A DNA stretch of 61,515 nucleotides, the filler included. It is 4 parts of 4 records of this genome, joined end to end, with 100 filler letters (N's around TTAATTAATTAA, not from the genome) between each part and the next. Parts side by side here need not be neighbours in the genome. Positions count along the whole stretch, not along the records: positions 54,804 to 61,515 come from DRR723986_8424; 3 more parts are not named here. One strand, 5' to 3'. This document shows, one piece after another, positions 59,761-61,515 of the stretch (position 1 is its first letter; every line of letters begins with the position of its first letter). Position numbers and translations under genes: made by a program. The notes under the pieces are model-generated. The model ran no database searches. It saw only the letters and a program-made list of their open reading frames with translations, and had not been told where the DNA came from.

Positions 59761-60339
59761 ATGCGTATAACCGCTTTTTTATGCCTTTTACTCTCACTCA
59801 GCATCGCGCCCGCCCACGCTGGCGATAAGCCCGTTGTCACCCTGCACACCAGCAAGGGAGACATCCGCATTGAGCTGTTGCCAGACCGCGCGCCCATTAC
59901 CGTGGAAAATTTCCTCAATTACGCGAAAAGCGGTTTCTACGACGGAACCATTTTTCATCGCGTCATTCGCCGCTTTGTCGTTCAAGGCGGCGGCTTTACA
60001 GCGGATATGGTTGAAAAACCCAACGGCGAACCGATTGTTAACGAGTCCAAGGCCAGCCGGCTGAGCAATCAGCGCTGGACGGTTGCCATGGCGAGAACCG
60101 ACGACCCGAATAGTGCCCGCTCGCAGTTTTTTATTAACCTGCGAATGAACCTGTCGCTCGACGCACGCATGGGCCGCGACGGCTACGCGGTGTTCGGCCA
60201 TGTCATTGATGGTCAGCATGTCGTAAGAGACATTAGCAATGTGCGCACCCAGCGCGTCGGCGACTTTGAGGACGTGCCCATGGAGCCGATTATTCTGGAG
60301 CGAATCAGCATCAGCAAGGCAAGCCCCGCCACTAAATAG
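59761..60339 (+). CDS. ppiA: Periplasmic cyclophilin-type PPIase
   Basis: APITVENF, FHRVI..FVVQGGG, AMART, SQFFIN, YAVFG; signal peptide. Confidence 0.9.
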   Translation: MRITAFLCLLLSLSIAPAHAGDKPVVTLHTSKGDIRIELLPDRAPITVENFLNYAKSGFYDGTIFHRVIRRFVVQGGGFTADMVEKPNGEPIVNESKASRLSNQRWTVAMARTDDPNSARSQFFINLRMNLSLDARMGRDGYAVFGHVIDGQHVVRDISNVRTQRVGDFEDVPMEPIILERISISKASPATK

Positions 60340-60351
60340 CCAGAGGCCGCG

Positions 60352-61110
60352 ATGACCGCACTCAGCATCAACCTGAACAAAATTGCCTTAATCAGAAACT
60401 CGCGCGACACCGAGTACCCAAGTGTCATCGAACACGCGAAGCGCTGTATTGCTGCAGGCGCACACGGTATTACCGTCCACCCTCGCCCCGACCAGCGCCA
60501 CATACGGGCAGACGACTGCTACGCCTTAGCAGGCGTGCTGGACGTGGAGTTTAATATCGAAGGTAACCCACTGGCCGCCCCCATGAAAAGCGACCGGACT
60601 GGCGTCAGCGACTACCCCGGTTTCATGGAGATTATTCGCCGGACTCGCCCCGCTCAGTGCACCCTGGTGCCGGACAACAACAGCCAGCTAACCTCCGACC
60701 ACGGTTTCGACCTCAAGCGCGACGGAGAAAAAATTGCGCCTATTATCGAAGAGCTTCGTGCAATGGGTGTGCGTGTCAGCCTGTTTATGGACCCCGATGC
60801 CGAACAAATACGCCTAGCCAAAACCTTCGGCGCCGACCGCATCGAGCTGTATACCGGCCCCTATGCCCAGGCCTATGGGAGCCCCCAGCAGGAGAACTGC
60901 CTCGCCCGTTTCGTCAACGCCAGCCGCGTTGCCGCCGAAAGCGGCTTGGGCCTGAATGCAGGCCACGACCTTAACCTGCACAACTTAGCGCTCTTCAAGC
61001 GCAGCGTGGATCAACTGCTGGAAGTGTCGATCGGCCACGCCTTCACCGTGGACGCTATTGAACTTGGCCTGGATCGAGCGATCGCCGCCTACCTGGACTG
61101 CCTGCGCTAG
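60352..61110 (+). CDS. pdxJ: Pyridoxine 5'-phosphate synthase
   Basis: ITVHPRPDQRHI, NIEG, TLVP, RVSLF, IELYTG, NAGHDL, EVSIGH. Confidence 0.93.
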   Translation: MTALSINLNKIALIRNSRDTEYPSVIEHAKRCIAAGAHGITVHPRPDQRHIRADDCYALAGVLDVEFNIEGNPLAAPMKSDRTGVSDYPGFMEIIRRTRPAQCTLVPDNNSQLTSDHGFDLKRDGEKIAPIIEELRAMGVRVSLFMDPDAEQIRLAKTFGADRIELYTGPYAQAYGSPQQENCLARFVNASRVAAESGLGLNAGHDLNLHNLALFKRSVDQLLEVSIGHAFTVDAIELGLDRAIAAYLDCLR

Positions 61111-61284
61111 AACTGCTCCGCGAGGCGGCGTTATTAGCAGCGCGCAAACACAGGCCGCTGGAACGCCGCCGGGATGCCCACCCAAACGCTATACACAAAG
61201 CATCAAAACATAACGCACGAAGACACGACGACCGTCGCGATGCTCTACGGCAAATAATTCGAGGAGAAAATTAAGACAATAAGA

Positions 61285-61361
61285 TGGGGTGGCCGACGGG
61301 GCTCGAACCCGCGACAACAGGAATCACAATCCTGGACTCTACCAACTGAGCTACGGCCACC
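61285..61361 (-). tRNA. tRNA-His (GUG), including G-1 and CCA
   Basis: GGTGGCCGTAGCTCAGTTGGTAGAG...ATTGTGAT...GGTTCGAGCCC...CCA. Confidence 0.96.
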
Positions 61362-61384
61362 ATAACGTATGACTTGACCTGTAA

Positions 61385-61461
<77 letters not shown>

Positions 61462-61485
61462 AAAAAGCGTCAAGAGTTGACGAAA

Positions 61486-61515
61486 TGGTCGGGGTAGAGA
61501 GATTCGAACTCCCGA
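61486..61515 (-). tRNA. 3' part of a tRNA, probably tRNA-Pro (anticodon outside the window)
   Basis: TCGGGAGTTCGAATCTCTCTACCCCGACCA: T-arm plus Pro-type acceptor end CCGACCA; Pro-Arg-His clusters are common. Confidence 0.75.

Overview
The window is not one locus. It is four contigs joined by 100-nt N spacers that each carry the all-frame-stop linker TTAATTAATTAA, and gene content suggests several organisms. Contig 1 (1-28744) looks like a GC-rich marine gammaproteobacterium (Halieaceae-like, inferred). It carries an opp peptide ABC operon with two binding proteins, a saccharopine dehydrogenase, a cassette of two class-A-beta-lactamase-fold serine hydrolases plus a signal-peptide-bearing dikinase, a sulfatase/TauE cluster, purC, a truncated hemoglobin, a TonB receptor, trpS, a DUF3524 glycosyltransferase, an M18 peptidase, uppP, tsaB and mobA. 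Contig 2 (28845-39417) looks Hyphomonas-like: DctP, bpt/ate, SLC13, motB, SlyD-like PPIase, TetR plus hydrolase, S41 peptidase and hemB. Contig 3 (39518-54703) looks Roseobacter-like: acnB, MYG1, an L,D-transpeptidase, a 7-gene V/A-type ATPase operon in the permuted order B-D-I-K-E-C-A, LysR, and a cobalamin riboswitch before DUF1636-cobW. Contig 4 (54804-61515) is gammaproteobacterial: scpBA, yciO, PHP, VC0807-like, yciI, SH3 protein, cyclophilin, pdxJ and tRNAs His, Arg and Pro (partial). The best candidate for an undescribed system is the apparently exported dikinase (11129-14023). It has the His-domain-then-ATP-grasp order of plant glucan water dikinases, is translationally coupled to a beta-lactamase-fold protein, and converges on a second one. 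The permuted V-ATPase operon, with an altered ion-binding c-subunit motif, is second. No CRISPR array, rRNA or mobile element was recognised. Family calls rest on motif recognition by eye; no database search was run.
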